From the NCBI GenBank assembly GCA_965197905.1, contig CBDAOB010000004.1:1472001-1536000 (forward strand): DNA of 64,000 nucleotides. Reading direction: 5' to 3'. This document shows, piece after piece, positions 18,528 to 28,319 of this stretch (the first letter of the stretch is position 1; each line of letters starts with the position of its first letter). The notes below the pieces were generated by a model. The model searched no databases. It was given only the letters and a program-made list of their open reading frames with translations, and had not been told where the DNA came from. This stretch comes from Candidatus Latescibacterota bacterium (lineage in GTDB: Bacteria > Latescibacterota > UBA2968 > UBA8231). The position numbers and the translations under genes are program-made.

Positions 18528-19082
18528 TCAGAACTGGAACTGCACCCGGCCGGAAAAACGGTTGATGCTGATGTTGTCGTCAGCGAAGATGAAATCGTGC
18601 TGGAATCGAAGCCCGACCTGCAGACGTTTGCTCAAATGCATCTCCGCGCCGACACCTGGAGCAATGCCGAACTTGCTGGATCCGACATCCGGGGAATACA
18701 ACTCCGTATCCAATGAAAAGGAATAGCTGAACGGCTCCAGATCGTAGGAGCTTCTCATCCCGGCACTGAACAGGTTGGTTTTCTGGTCGGAGATGTGGCC
18801 GAATCCTAGCTGAAAGGCGAGCCAATCTTCCACCATGTAACCGGCGTTGACGCCGGTAAACAGGTCGGTTTGCGACACCTCCGGGTCAGAGTTGTCGAAT
18901 TCGATGTCCACCACAGCCGCCCCCACGAATCCCTCCAGGTAATACCCACCGCCGGTGCTCCAGTACCGGTAACCCCCTTTGCCGTATTCGCTTCCTTCCG
19001 GTCCGTCGGTGCGCCCTTCGTCGTCGGCAAAGGTAGGTACGGCCAAGGCCAAAATAGCGAGAATGCAGGTAGCGCGTCGCAT
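18528..19082 (-). CDS. Outer-membrane beta-barrel protein (OmpA-like transmembrane domain)
   Basis: Signal peptide, alternating amphipathic strands, terminal VQFQF (aromatic C-terminus); 184 aa. Confidence 0.7.
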   Translation of the reverse strand: MRRATCILAILALAVPTFADDEGRTDGPEGSEYGKGGYRYWSTGGGYYLEGFVGAAVVDIEFDNSDPEVSQTDLFTGVNAGYMVEDWLAFQLGFGHISDQKTNLFSAGMRSSYDLEPFSYSFSLDTELYSPDVGSSKFGIAPGVGAEMHLSKRLQVGLRFQHDFIFADDNISINRFSGRVQFQF

Positions 19083-19097
19083 GATTCAACCCCCGAG

Positions 19098-19694
19098 TTA
19101 AAGGCCGATGCTCTTTTTCTTGAAGTGTTTGACGATTTCCTTCTGGTCGGTCCAGACGATCTCGGTGCTGCCGATGTCGGTCAATTCGAAAGTGGCTTTG
19201 TAGTAGATCGCCTTGTTATTGCCGACTTGCTGTATGGTGGAAGTAATCACCCCACCGAGGAGGAACTCGGCTGCCTTTTGCTGGCCTGGCCCCTGAGCCT
19301 GGTTCGGGTCCACGTAGCCGGAACCCTGGTATTCGTACTCCTTGGCTATTTCAGTCCGAGCCGCCTTGTCCAGGAAGGAGAATCGACCGCTCTGTATGAG
19401 GGCCGTTTTTACGTGGTCATACAGAGACTGCAAATCGATGTGTTCTGAGGTACGATTCTTCGGCGTTTCCAGGATAATAACCGGCTTGGCAGGTTGCTGT
19501 TCTCGAGTGTTCCACGACTCCAACGATTCGACGACCTTCTTGGCCACCAGCTGCATATCGTTCTGATTCCACTTGTCGTCCAGCATGCTGATCTCTTGGG
19601 GGTCGCCGTAGGTACCCTTGGTGAACGCTCGGGGTCCGGCGCATGCGGTCAGAGTCAGGGCAATCAGAACCGATGCCGAAAACACGAATTTCAT
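19098..19694 (-). CDS. LpoB-family (CsgG/TolB-N-like fold) lipoprotein
   Basis: Lipobox LTAC, NRTSEHID, L..SGRF.F.D...R and EIVW...KEI.K motifs. Start at the ATG at 19694 with AAGGAG RBS. Confidence 0.82.
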   Translation of the reverse strand: MKFVFSASVLIALTLTACAGPRAFTKGTYGDPQEISMLDDKWNQNDMQLVAKKVVESLESWNTREQQPAKPVIILETPKNRTSEHIDLQSLYDHVKTALIQSGRFSFLDKAARTEIAKEYEYQGSGYVDPNQAQGPGQQKAAEFLLGGVITSTIQQVGNNKAIYYKATFELTDIGSTEIVWTDQKEIVKHFKKKSIGL

Positions 19695-19707
19695 AGTTGC
19701 GCTCCTT

Positions 19708-20550
19708 TCAATTCCACTCGCACTGAAAATGGGTGCGCACCAGGTGCCAACGATCTGGAAGCATGGCGTCCTGCCGGTGCAGAACCTGTAGTGTACAGTC
19801 CCGTTGCAACGAACTGACCGGATATTCGAATTCGTACCCCTGCGCGGCGGCGCGATCGGCGGCGGGGATGTCCTTCGAGGAGTAAATATTCGGTTTGGTG
19901 GAGGCAAAGACCAGGGCTTCTTTACTGCCGTAGGTTTTCAGCGGTACCCGAGCGGCAACAACGATGCGTCGCACCTTCTTCGAAAGCAGCAGGTCTGTGT
20001 TGTCGACGAGGGTATCTCGCTGCCACCGGCGACTGAGAATGTCTGCCAGGTTGCCGATGAACACCCGCTCTCGTTCGCCGTCGGGCACGATGAGGTAAAG
20101 ATACCCTTTGCGGGACTGGGTCGACGGGCTGACCCCTCCACCTAAACCCTCGAAGTCGAGGGTAATGGTAAGGTCCACCGATCTATTGGGGGGCAAAGAG
20201 TGGAGTGAGACCGCTTTGATCAGGTCGTCCGTCGCCCCGGATTTCTTCAGCTCGATCAACGCATCGGCGGAAGCGTCGCAGGCACAGCGACGTTCCTCCA
20301 GCATTTTGACGATGACGTCGCTTGCGAACTTGCTATCGAGTAGCTTCTGGAGGTCCGGCAAGGTCAGGGGCAGCTGATCTGAGCGTTCGTACAGACGCGG
20401 CAACTCACCCCCATCCCACTCCACGATGTTGAAGACATACCCGTCCTTCAAGACGTTGGCCGATGTCCCCATGCTCGGAACGACTTTTTGAGCCACCGCC
20501 GGGGTCAGCGCGACGAGAAGGACCCAAAATCCGTAGAGAGCAACGCTCAT
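19708..20550 (-). CDS. Secreted hypothetical protein
   Basis: Signal peptide (..TPAVA|Q), in operon order with its neighbours. Start at the ATG at 20550; 280 aa. Confidence 0.7.
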   Translation of the reverse strand: MSVALYGFWVLLVALTPAVAQKVVPSMGTSANVLKDGYVFNIVEWDGGELPRLYERSDQLPLTLPDLQKLLDSKFASDVIVKMLEERRCACDASADALIELKKSGATDDLIKAVSLHSLPPNRSVDLTITLDFEGLGGGVSPSTQSRKGYLYLIVPDGERERVFIGNLADILSRRWQRDTLVDNTDLLLSKKVRRIVVAARVPLKTYGSKEALVFASTKPNIYSSKDIPAADRAAAQGYEFEYPVSSLQRDCTLQVLHRQDAMLPDRWHLVRTHFQCEWN

Positions 20551-20576
20551 AGGTGCACCCCCAATCCGATTGTAGA

Positions 20577-22028
20577 TCATTTGTAGCTGCGGTAGTTGAG
20601 GAAAACCCGCTGGCCGGCAGACACCTCGACTCCTGCGAATCGATACCCATCCACCACCCTGCCATTACCATTTACAAACTCCAGAACCAAGTCAACCGTT
20701 CCCGGGTTCACGCGCAGTCGGGCCACGCGAATCTGCTGCGGCAACGCCAGCCAGCTGCGAGTGTCGGCGGCCTCGGTGGATGCACCAAACAGATTGACCA
20801 GGAACCCGAGGATCTCGCTTTTCTCCTCGGCTGCTTCGGTGGCGATGTATTTTGCCAGGGCGCGGGCGACGGTTCGCGCCAGAATTGACGTCTCCTTGTC
20901 CTTGAAATTGCTCAGGGCGATAGCATCGAGATCCTGGACTAGAACAGCCGTTGCCGTTTTGCCCGCCGCGGACAAACGGGCCCCGTTTATCTGACTGGAA
21001 ACGGCGCGATACTCCGGCAAGGCTACTCTGAGCCAGTACTCCACCTCGGCGTAATGTTGGCGATTGTGGTGCCGGTAGGCCATCTCATCTGACAGTGCCC
21101 ACACCCGATGCGTTTCATCATTTTTCAAAATGGGCAGGCTGATTTCGTGTTCACGTTTACGGGCGATAAACCCGGTCTCCGCGAATACGATCACTTCGCC
21201 TGTGGTGGGGGCGGCGGAAAATTCGCCGTTCCACTCATAACGCTCCAGATATTCTAGAACGTGGTCTTGGTAACCCAACCTGGTAGCCGAACGCAGGAGA
21301 TCGTGCCCCAGGATTTGGGGCGGCCCAGTTCCCAGCGCGTAGGCGCGGTAACCTTTCTCGGCGTCGCGGTAGGATATGTAGGCGTCGTTCCATTCTTCCT
21401 CGGCTTCAAAGAAAAGTCCGGTTACATACTGCATGAATGCATCGTTCTTGTAGGTGAGCTCGTATTCGGCTGCAGCGGCGTACTTCTCCAGTTTGAGATT
21501 GGCTTTGCGGCACTCCACCAACGCTTCTTGTGGTTGATTGAGATATTGATAATTCAGCGCCCGGTAATAGTTGATCAGAACGCTCTCGAATTCCTCCCCG
21601 GCGTACTTGCGGACAGCATCGTTGGTCAGCAATGAAACCAGCTCGCGCGACAGCGATCGGGTGATCCTCTTGTCGATCAGACGCTCGGCTTTCTCGAACT
21701 GTTGGTTGGAGGCCTCGTAGTCGCCGAGGTAGTGCAGTATGAGTCCCCTTTCAAGCCTGTAGAGCAGTCTGTCGGGGGCGGGATCCGCTTTTTCCAGTTT
21801 CTGCAGCGCACCTTCGTAATCACGCTGGCCCAGCTTCTTCAGCGGCCCCTTCATGTGCCGGGTGTAGGCGGCGCCACAGCCCGATAGAAGAGATAAGATC
21901 AACAGAAACAAACCTGTGCGGCGAAAAAATGCTGCAGTTCCTCCGCGCGGCGAAGGAAAAAGGCCGGGGGCCTGAGGTATGTTTTGTTGGTTGCTCATGA
22001 ATAGGTCGTTGGACGCGGGGTATGCCAT
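20577..22028 (-). CDS. COG3014-like TPR lipoprotein
   Basis: Lipobox LSGC, Y.GE.FE...IN.Y.ALNY, ALVECRK and ADTRSW..LP motifs. True start is probably at or after 21998. Confidence 0.8.
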   Translation of the reverse strand: MAYPASNDLFMSNQQNIPQAPGLFPSPRGGTAAFFRRTGLFLLILSLLSGCGAAYTRHMKGPLKKLGQRDYEGALQKLEKADPAPDRLLYRLERGLILHYLGDYEASNQQFEKAERLIDKRITRSLSRELVSLLTNDAVRKYAGEEFESVLINYYRALNYQYLNQPQEALVECRKANLKLEKYAAAAEYELTYKNDAFMQYVTGLFFEAEEEWNDAYISYRDAEKGYRAYALGTGPPQILGHDLLRSATRLGYQDHVLEYLERYEWNGEFSAAPTTGEVIVFAETGFIARKREHEISLPILKNDETHRVWALSDEMAYRHHNRQHYAEVEYWLRVALPEYRAVSSQINGARLSAAGKTATAVLVQDLDAIALSNFKDKETSILARTVARALAKYIATEAAEEKSEILGFLVNLFGASTEAADTRSWLALPQQIRVARLRVNPGTVDLVLEFVNGNGRVVDGYRFAGVEVSAGQRVFLNYRSYK

Positions 22029-22141
22029 TAAGATGCCTTTGACCTGGCCCCGTTCCGCCGAGTCTTCCTGGTGCGAAGCGCGCGAGAGGGTATGGGATAA
22101 AAGACTGAAGTGAAGAAGAAAGCGTTACCGGCAAGCTCCGT

Positions 22142-22534
22142 TCAGGCACCACCGTGGTCCGCTACAACCTCGACGTGGATCGATTCACCGGATTGAACCG
22201 TGCTTAAGATGCGGGGATCACCGTCGAATTTCCCCAGCACGTTTACCTCGGACACAAGTCTGCATTCCGATCCCTGCGAGATGGGAGTCGGGCCGTACGG
22301 CAAAGCCAGAGCGCTTCCTTCGACCCAAAAACAGACCGTGCCGGGATCGACGACTTGGCGAGCGTCCGGTTCCAGCTCCGCTTGCATCTGCACCTCGAAA
22401 TAAACCTCTTCGCCCCAGGTATTCGCCCTGGCTTCGCAGGGCAATGCCGCCACCAGCTGGTTGGCGGTGGGTGTGTCGTAGAGCCGGGCGTCGAGCTCAC
22501 CGCTGCTCCACGAAATGCGAATGATCATTCCCAT
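22142..22534 (-). CDS. Cyclophilin-like fold protein (DUF369-like)
   Basis: TPTA..L..ALP, WGEEVYF, G.V.FW and YGPTP motifs; 130 aa. Confidence 0.85.
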   Translation of the reverse strand: MGMIIRISWSSGELDARLYDTPTANQLVAALPCEARANTWGEEVYFEVQMQAELEPDARQVVDPGTVCFWVEGSALALPYGPTPISQGSECRLVSEVNVLGKFDGDPRILSTVQSGESIHVEVVADHGGA

Positions 22535-22548
22535 CTCCCGTGTGATGC

Positions 22549-22577
22549 TTGCTGGTGTTTTGTGCGGGCCGTAATAT
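22549..22577 (+). promoter_or_regulatory. Putative sigma70 promoter for the TrmH-family gene
   Basis: TTGCTG-N17-TAATAT; implies the CDS starts downstream of the ORF-track start. Confidence 0.45.
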
Positions 22578-22626
22578 AAATCCCGCCGCGTCCCCTAGTA
22601 AAGTTCCACTTCGCCGAGGGCGGATC

Positions 22627-23199
22627 TTGTCGAGCAAGAAACTTCAGCCGGGCAACTACGGCAAAGAGACGACCTTCGAGGTCCGCAACTTCGATGCGCC
22701 GTTGTCGCTTAGCGAATATGGGAAGCTACCGAAGAATTCGATCTATCTGATCCTGGATAATCTGCGCAGCGCGTTTAATGTGGGATCGATCTTTCGCACG
22801 GCCGATACCTCGAGATTGGCTCAGGTCATCACCTGCGGATACACCGCGCACCCTCCACATGCGAAGTTGGACAAGACGGCGCTGGGCACCTTGGAGTACG
22901 TGCCTACCCGGCACTTCGATTCGACCGTGGAGGCGGTTTCGCATCTGCAGCAAGCAGGAACACCGGTCTTCGCCCTCGAAACTACCACCGAGAGCTCGAT
23001 CTACACCGAGTGCAGGTATCCGCAACCGCTGGGCTTGGTTCTGGGCAACGAAGCTCTCGGCGTAAAACGAGAGGTGTTGGAACAGTGCGACAGGATCGTC
23101 GATATTCCGCTCTTCGGCTTCAAGAATTCAATGAACGTAGCGGCAGCGGCAGCCGTAGTAACCTTCGAGATCCTGCGTCAGTGGAAGGTCCGACCCTGA
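22627..23199 (+). CDS. TrmH/SpoU-family RNA methyltransferase
   Basis: LDNLRSAFNVGSIFRTAD, LGNEALG and IP..G.KNSMNV SPOUT motifs. Start (TTG 22627) is uncertain. Confidence 0.88.
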   Translation: MSSKKLQPGNYGKETTFEVRNFDAPLSLSEYGKLPKNSIYLILDNLRSAFNVGSIFRTADTSRLAQVITCGYTAHPPHAKLDKTALGTLEYVPTRHFDSTVEAVSHLQQAGTPVFALETTTESSIYTECRYPQPLGLVLGNEALGVKREVLEQCDRIVDIPLFGFKNSMNVAAAAAVVTFEILRQWKVRP

Positions 23200-23236
23200 C
23201 CGGAGAGTCGCCAGGGCAGGTTTTTAGCCAACTGCC

Positions 23237-24424
23237 TCAGCGGAACTCTCTAAAAGGTGTTTCCGTATAGGTCTTCGCCTGTTTGTGACTCGTGCCGTAG
23301 TTGGGCAAGGCGCGCACCAGGGCGTAATGTTCCAACGCTTTCTCGCGATCGCCACGAACATCGTGGATCTTTCCCAGCAGCAGCAGGCAGAGCGAGCGGT
23401 ACTTGCGCATCGACGTACGCGACTGCCCTGCCGCCAAACGCTCGGCGCGATCGAGGAGGGGGAGCGCTTCAACGTACCGTCGGCGGAGCCACGCGTTCTG
23501 ACCCACGTAATAGAGTGCCTCGACCTGGCCGAAGATATGATAGCCCGTCTGTTTCGCATCGGCGCGCTGTACGACTTTCTCGAAGAGGGCCGTCCCTCGG
23601 TTCCACTGGCCCACCTCGACGAGGGTTCGTGCGGTGAAGCGGTGAAAGATCGAATTCTGCGGATAACGCCGGTGCAACTGCTCCAGGTACTGCAGCGAGG
23701 CGCCTCTGTCGCGTTCGAAGAGGCTGTGAATCTGCGCCAGAAAATAGAGCGCTTCCGTGCCGGCGTATTGACCCTTGGCCGCCACCAGGCGCAACTGCTC
23801 CAGCCCCGTCTCCCGCTTCCCCTTGGGCAGTAACCAGGTGATGGGCCTTACCACCGGATACTTCTGCGGGATGACTTCGATGAAGTAGTTGTAAACACCC
23901 TGACCAAAGAGTATGTCTTTGTTTTCTGGCTCCAGCTCGCGACTGATCTTCAGCAACGGCATACACTTCAGTCCGTCGCTGGCAGCACGCAGGTACTGCC
24001 CTCGATTGCCCCGCAGTCGACCGCGAAAACCGATAGCCCCCGCCTTGAAGAGAACGGCGTCGAAATCCTGTGGCATGGTTTTCAATCTCTGGTCGCACAC
24101 CTCGATACAGCGGCCGAGGAGTCTATAAAACATCTCGTCGTGGCTGCGGTCCTCCAGGTCGATCAGAACCCGCCACCAGGTGACCATGGCCAGAAAGAAA
24201 TGTCCCAACGGGTTTGCCGGATCGGTGCCGATGATCTCTTCGAAGTAGCGATCCGCCGGCTCGAACTGCAGATTGTAGATCAGATCGATGCCGTGTTGGA
24301 TGCGAGGATCGTAGGCACGCACCGAATACGCTGCCGTTTGGGCCCCCAATACTGATACGCTCAACAGGAGGATCGTCGCCGCCGGCAGCAGTCGACTCGC
24401 CAGTTGCGGGAGAATCTCGCTCAA
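23237..24424 (-). CDS. Secreted TPR-repeat protein
   Basis: Signal-like N-terminus, helical TPR-like repeats, G.YNY motif; 395 aa. Confidence 0.75.
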   Translation of the reverse strand: MSEILPQLASRLLPAATILLLSVSVLGAQTAAYSVRAYDPRIQHGIDLIYNLQFEPADRYFEEIIGTDPANPLGHFFLAMVTWWRVLIDLEDRSHDEMFYRLLGRCIEVCDQRLKTMPQDFDAVLFKAGAIGFRGRLRGNRGQYLRAASDGLKCMPLLKISRELEPENKDILFGQGVYNYFIEVIPQKYPVVRPITWLLPKGKRETGLEQLRLVAAKGQYAGTEALYFLAQIHSLFERDRGASLQYLEQLHRRYPQNSIFHRFTARTLVEVGQWNRGTALFEKVVQRADAKQTGYHIFGQVEALYYVGQNAWLRRRYVEALPLLDRAERLAAGQSRTSMRKYRSLCLLLLGKIHDVRGDREKALEHYALVRALPNYGTSHKQAKTYTETPFREFR

Positions 24425-24538
24425 AGATATCGGGGTTTTCGAGAAAACAGGATGTGGCTGGTTGACGGCAACGGGCCCTTTTAAAAGGTTGTGTGCGCTG
24501 TGGCCGTATAATAATTGGACGGCAAGCTTATTTCAAAA

Positions 24539-25915
24539 ATGAAATCCACGAAACACGACATAGTGGTTATCGGCGGCGGATCGGCTGGCTACGCCGCCGC
24601 GCGCACGGCGCAGGACGCCGGGGCCGACGTCGGTATCGTTGATGCGGGACCTCTGGGTGGCCTGTGTATCCTGCGCGGCTGCATGCCCACCAAAGCGATT
24701 CTGCGGTCGTCGAACATCCTCGTGCTCATGCGCCAAGCTTCTGAGTTCGGTCTTTGCGCAGAGAATCCGCGGGGAGACCTGGCCGCCATCTTGCGGCGTA
24801 AAGACCGACTCATCGAGGAGTTCGCGGCGGAGCGCATCGGAGCCCTCCGCGACGATCGCTTTACCCTCTACGAAGATCACGCCTCTTTCATCGGACCACG
24901 GGAAATCGCGACGGGCGACCATCGGCTGCAGTTTGAGAGCGCGATCATCGCCACCGGGTCGGTCCCCAGCCGAATACCCGTCCCGGGATTGGAGGAGGTT
25001 GGGTACCTGACCAGCGACGAGATCTTGTCGCGGACCGACCACCCCGCTTCACTGATCGTACTGGGCGGCGGGCCGGTGGCTGTGGAGTTGGCGCAATTCT
25101 TTCAGCGCCTGGGGACCCAAGTCAGCTTGATCCAACGCAGCGAACAGATCCTCTCCGATGCAGATAAAGACCTTGCGCAGGCAGTGGAAGGACGCTTTCG
25201 CGACGAGGGCATGGATCTCTTTACCGGGACCTGTTTACGACGGGTCGAGCGCGACGGCGATCGCAAAAGGGTCCACTTCACCCGCGGGGCGGAGGAAATG
25301 TCAGTGGCCGCCGCACAGATTCTCCAAGCGCTCGGCAGGCGACCGAACATCGATGGACTGAAGCTCGAAGCCGCCGGCGTAGAAACAAACGCCGGCGGGA
25401 TTCGGGTGAACGCCGAGATGCGCACCAGTCAACCCCATATCTTCGCGGTGGGGGACGTCAACGGCATTCACGAGATTGTACACATCGCGATCGAGCAAGG
25501 GGAAGTCGCCGCCCACAACGCCACCCATCCCACGCCCCACCGCATGGACAATCGTTTGACGACACGGATCGTCTTCACCGAACCGCAGCTGGCCAGCGTC
25601 GGGTTGTCTGAAAAGCAATGTCGCGAGCAGCGCCTATCTTATTTGAAAGCGGAGCATCCATTCGATGACCACGGCAAGTCCTTGTGCCTGGGTGAAAGCG
25701 ACGGCCACGTCAAGCTGCTGTGTGAGCCGCGGGGCGGAGCGCTCTTGGGGGCGCACATCGTCGGTCCCGACGCCTCCGAGCTGATTCACGAACTCATTGC
25801 CGTGATGTATTTTCGCGGCACCGTGAGCGACCTGGCGCGCATCCCCCACTATCATCCGACGTTGGCAGAAATCGTGTTGTACCCGGCCGAGGAGCTGGCG
25901 GCGCAGATCGGCTGA
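24539..25915 (+). CDS. Class-I pyridine nucleotide-disulfide oxidoreductase (dihydrolipoyl dehydrogenase-like)
   Basis: GGGSAG, GGLCILRGCMPTK redox disulfide, GGGPVAVE, GD and HYHPTLAE motifs. Confidence 0.9.
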   Translation: MKSTKHDIVVIGGGSAGYAAARTAQDAGADVGIVDAGPLGGLCILRGCMPTKAILRSSNILVLMRQASEFGLCAENPRGDLAAILRRKDRLIEEFAAERIGALRDDRFTLYEDHASFIGPREIATGDHRLQFESAIIATGSVPSRIPVPGLEEVGYLTSDEILSRTDHPASLIVLGGGPVAVELAQFFQRLGTQVSLIQRSEQILSDADKDLAQAVEGRFRDEGMDLFTGTCLRRVERDGDRKRVHFTRGAEEMSVAAAQILQALGRRPNIDGLKLEAAGVETNAGGIRVNAEMRTSQPHIFAVGDVNGIHEIVHIAIEQGEVAAHNATHPTPHRMDNRLTTRIVFTEPQLASVGLSEKQCREQRLSYLKAEHPFDDHGKSLCLGESDGHVKLLCEPRGGALLGAHIVGPDASELIHELIAVMYFRGTVSDLARIPHYHPTLAEIVLYPAEELAAQIG

Positions 25916-25945
25916 CGGCCCGTTTGCTTGCCTCAACCAGACTTT

Positions 25946-27259
25946 TCAGTCGTAATATTCCTGGCCTAGATGGGTGATCAGCTCCTCGCCCTGCAGGTGG
26001 CGCAGGGTGTTCTTCAACTTCATCAGCTGAATAAACAGATCGTGCTCAGGGTAGAGACCGGGCGCCGTCATGGGACTCTTGAAGTAGAAGGAGAGCCATT
26101 CCTGCACCCCCTTCATGCCCGAACGTTTGGCGAGATCGGCAAACAGCACCAGGTCCAGCGCCAGCGGCGCGGCGAGAATGCTGTCCCGGCAGAGGAAATC
26201 AATCTTGACCTGCATGGGGTACCCCATCCAGCCGAAAATATCGATGTTGTCCCACCCTTCCTTCTCATCGCCCCGCGGCGGGTAATAGTTGATGCGAACC
26301 TTGTGGTAGAGGTCGCCGTAGAGCTGGGGATAGAGATGGGGTTGCAGGACGTATTCCAGAACCCCCAGCTTGCTCTCTTCCTTGGTCTTGAAAGAGGAGG
26401 GGTCGTCGAGGATCTCTCCGTCTCGATTACCTAGAATATTGGTCGAGAACCAACCTTTTATCCCCAGCATGCGAGCTTTGAATCCTGGGGCAAGGATGGT
26501 CTTCATGAGGGTCTGACCGGTCTTGAAATCCTTGCCCGCAATCGGGGCGCCGTTGGCGGCCGCTAGCTCGATCATCCCCGGCACATCGACAGTAAGGTTG
26601 GGAGCGCCGTTCAAAAACGGGATCCCCGCCGACAGGGCCGCGTAGGCATAGACCATGCTCGGCGGGATGTTTTCGTCGTTTTGCTGGAAGCCTTTCTCCA
26701 GACTCTCTATGGTTTGGTGAACTGCCGTCTCATTCAAGAACACCTCGGTGCTGCCACACCAGATCATCACCAAGCGATCGACCCCGTGCTCGGTCTTGAA
26801 GTTCTGGATGTCTTCGCGCACCTCCTGAACCATGTCCCATTTGGTTTTTCCGGTTTTGACATGGGGGCCATCCAGGCGCCGCACGAAACTCTGGTCGAAG
26901 ACTGCTTTCATCGGTCTCACTGAGCGCAGCTGATCCTCCACCGCGTCCAGCGTCCCTTGCTCAAGCACGCCGGCATGGGTGGCTGCTTCGAAGGCGTCGT
27001 CGGGAAACACATCCCAACCACCGAATACCAGGTCATCCATGCCCGCCAGAGGTACGAAATCCTTGATCATGGGAGAGCGGTTGTCCGTGCGTTTCCCCAG
27101 GCGAATGGTACCCATTTGCGTCAGCGACCCGAACGGCTCGCCCAACCCGACCTTCATTGATTCGACCCCGGCGATGAGAGTGGTAGCAACGGCGCCCATG
27201 CCCGGCATGAGGATCCCCAGTTTGCCCTCAGGTTGATCGATCTCCTGAACATTCGACAT
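25946..27259 (-). CDS. ino1: myo-Inositol-1-phosphate synthase
   Basis: GMGAVATT, GKDFKTGQT, NILGNRDG, SK, YYPPRGD.K, CRDSILAAP and FYFKSP motifs. Start at the ATG at 27259 with AAGGAG upstream. Confidence 0.95.
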   Translation of the reverse strand: MSNVQEIDQPEGKLGILMPGMGAVATTLIAGVESMKVGLGEPFGSLTQMGTIRLGKRTDNRSPMIKDFVPLAGMDDLVFGGWDVFPDDAFEAATHAGVLEQGTLDAVEDQLRSVRPMKAVFDQSFVRRLDGPHVKTGKTKWDMVQEVREDIQNFKTEHGVDRLVMIWCGSTEVFLNETAVHQTIESLEKGFQQNDENIPPSMVYAYAALSAGIPFLNGAPNLTVDVPGMIELAAANGAPIAGKDFKTGQTLMKTILAPGFKARMLGIKGWFSTNILGNRDGEILDDPSSFKTKEESKLGVLEYVLQPHLYPQLYGDLYHKVRINYYPPRGDEKEGWDNIDIFGWMGYPMQVKIDFLCRDSILAAPLALDLVLFADLAKRSGMKGVQEWLSFYFKSPMTAPGLYPEHDLFIQLMKLKNTLRHLQGEELITHLGQEYYD

Positions 27260-27357
27260 CACATGCTCCTTACTGGTTTTTTTGTGTCCGACGGAACCCG
27301 AAGGTCTAATCAACTTGCTTCTTTCAATAAAACAAATCAATATTTATGATGTTTCTC

Positions 27358-27372
27358 ATAGACATGTCCTAT
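27358..27372. promoter_or_regulatory. LysR-type operator (T-N11-A dyad)
   Basis: ATAG-ACATGTC-CTAT dyad in the AT-rich divergent spacer, 8 nt before the LysR start. Confidence 0.7.
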
Positions 27373-27380
27373 GGATAGCC

Positions 27381-28319
27381 ATGAATATTCAACATCTGCG
27401 CTACCTCATTGCCGTTGCCAACACCGGAGGGTTCACCTCCGCTTCCAGAGAGCTACACGTGACTCAGCCCACCGTGAGTGGAGGCATCACCGAGCTGGAA
27501 AAGCAGTTAAACGCCAAGCTGTTCAATCGGGACAGCCGTCACGTAGTGCTGACAGCCGAGGGGCGAGTGCTGTTAGAGTATGCCGTCGAGATTGTGGATC
27601 TGTTGGAGGAAGCGAGCGGGCGTCTGGCCAGTGGCGAGGTGCTACCCGGCGAGCGGATCCGCTTCGGCGCCACCGATGCCGCGGTGATCTACCTGCTCCC
27701 GGATCTGTTGAAAAGCTTCTCGCAACGTTATCCCGGCGTCGAGCTCACTACCCAGGTAGCTTCCTCGATCCCTCTCGTGGGGGAGGTGTTGTCGAACCGG
27801 TCGGAGTTTGCGGTCGTATCGCTTCCCCAATCCCATCCCCAGATCGAGGTTGTTTCCCTGACCATCGACCCGATGGTTCTGGTCGTAAACCCCGGTCACC
27901 GCTTTACCGGCCGCGCCTCCGTGTCTGCCGCCGAGGTCGTGGAGGAAAAGCTAATCATGTTCCACAGTGAGTCGGTTTCGAGACAGATCGTCCAAGAAGG
28001 GTTCGCGCAGCAGCGCTTGTCGGTGGGGGCATCGATGGAAATGGGCAGTCCCGACGCCATTCGGAAGCTCGTGGAAGCGGGCGCGGGCATCTCGTTCCTG
28101 CCGAGAATGACGGTGATGGATTCCGTGGACGCAGGCTCCTTGGTAGAGGTCCGGGTTCGCAACCTCGACCTTACAAGGGAGATCGGGCTGATCTGGCGCC
28201 AGGGCCGTTATTTCAGCCCGGCGGCTCGGCGCCTGCTGGAAGCGATACTGGAGAAGTTTGACCGATCGGCCGAGGGGCCGCGTCTCGCAGCGGCTGTCAG
28301 GCGTCGTGGTAAAGGATAA
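27381..28319 (+). CDS. LysR-family transcriptional regulator
   Basis: MNIQHLRY...GFTSASRELHVTQPTVS..I..LE..L...LF.R HTH and a substrate-binding domain. Start at the ATG at 27381. Confidence 0.95.
   Translation: MNIQHLRYLIAVANTGGFTSASRELHVTQPTVSGGITELEKQLNAKLFNRDSRHVVLTAEGRVLLEYAVEIVDLLEEASGRLASGEVLPGERIRFGATDAAVIYLLPDLLKSFSQRYPGVELTTQVASSIPLVGEVLSNRSEFAVVSLPQSHPQIEVVSLTIDPMVLVVNPGHRFTGRASVSAAEVVEEKLIMFHSESVSRQIVQEGFAQQRLSVGASMEMGSPDAIRKLVEAGAGISFLPRMTVMDSVDAGSLVEVRVRNLDLTREIGLIWRQGRYFSPAARRLLEAILEKFDRSAEGPRLAAAVRRRGKG

Noticed and set aside
19695..19907. Long N-terminal extensions in ORF-track calls (e.g. 19907, 2739, 27340, 30322, 57045, 63137)
   Set aside because: They overlap neighbouring genes or promoters; downstream starts fit RBS and family N-termini better.
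24539..25915. Mercuric reductase merA
   Set aside because: No C-terminal Cys pair, has an E3-type HPTxxE motif, and no mer genes nearby.
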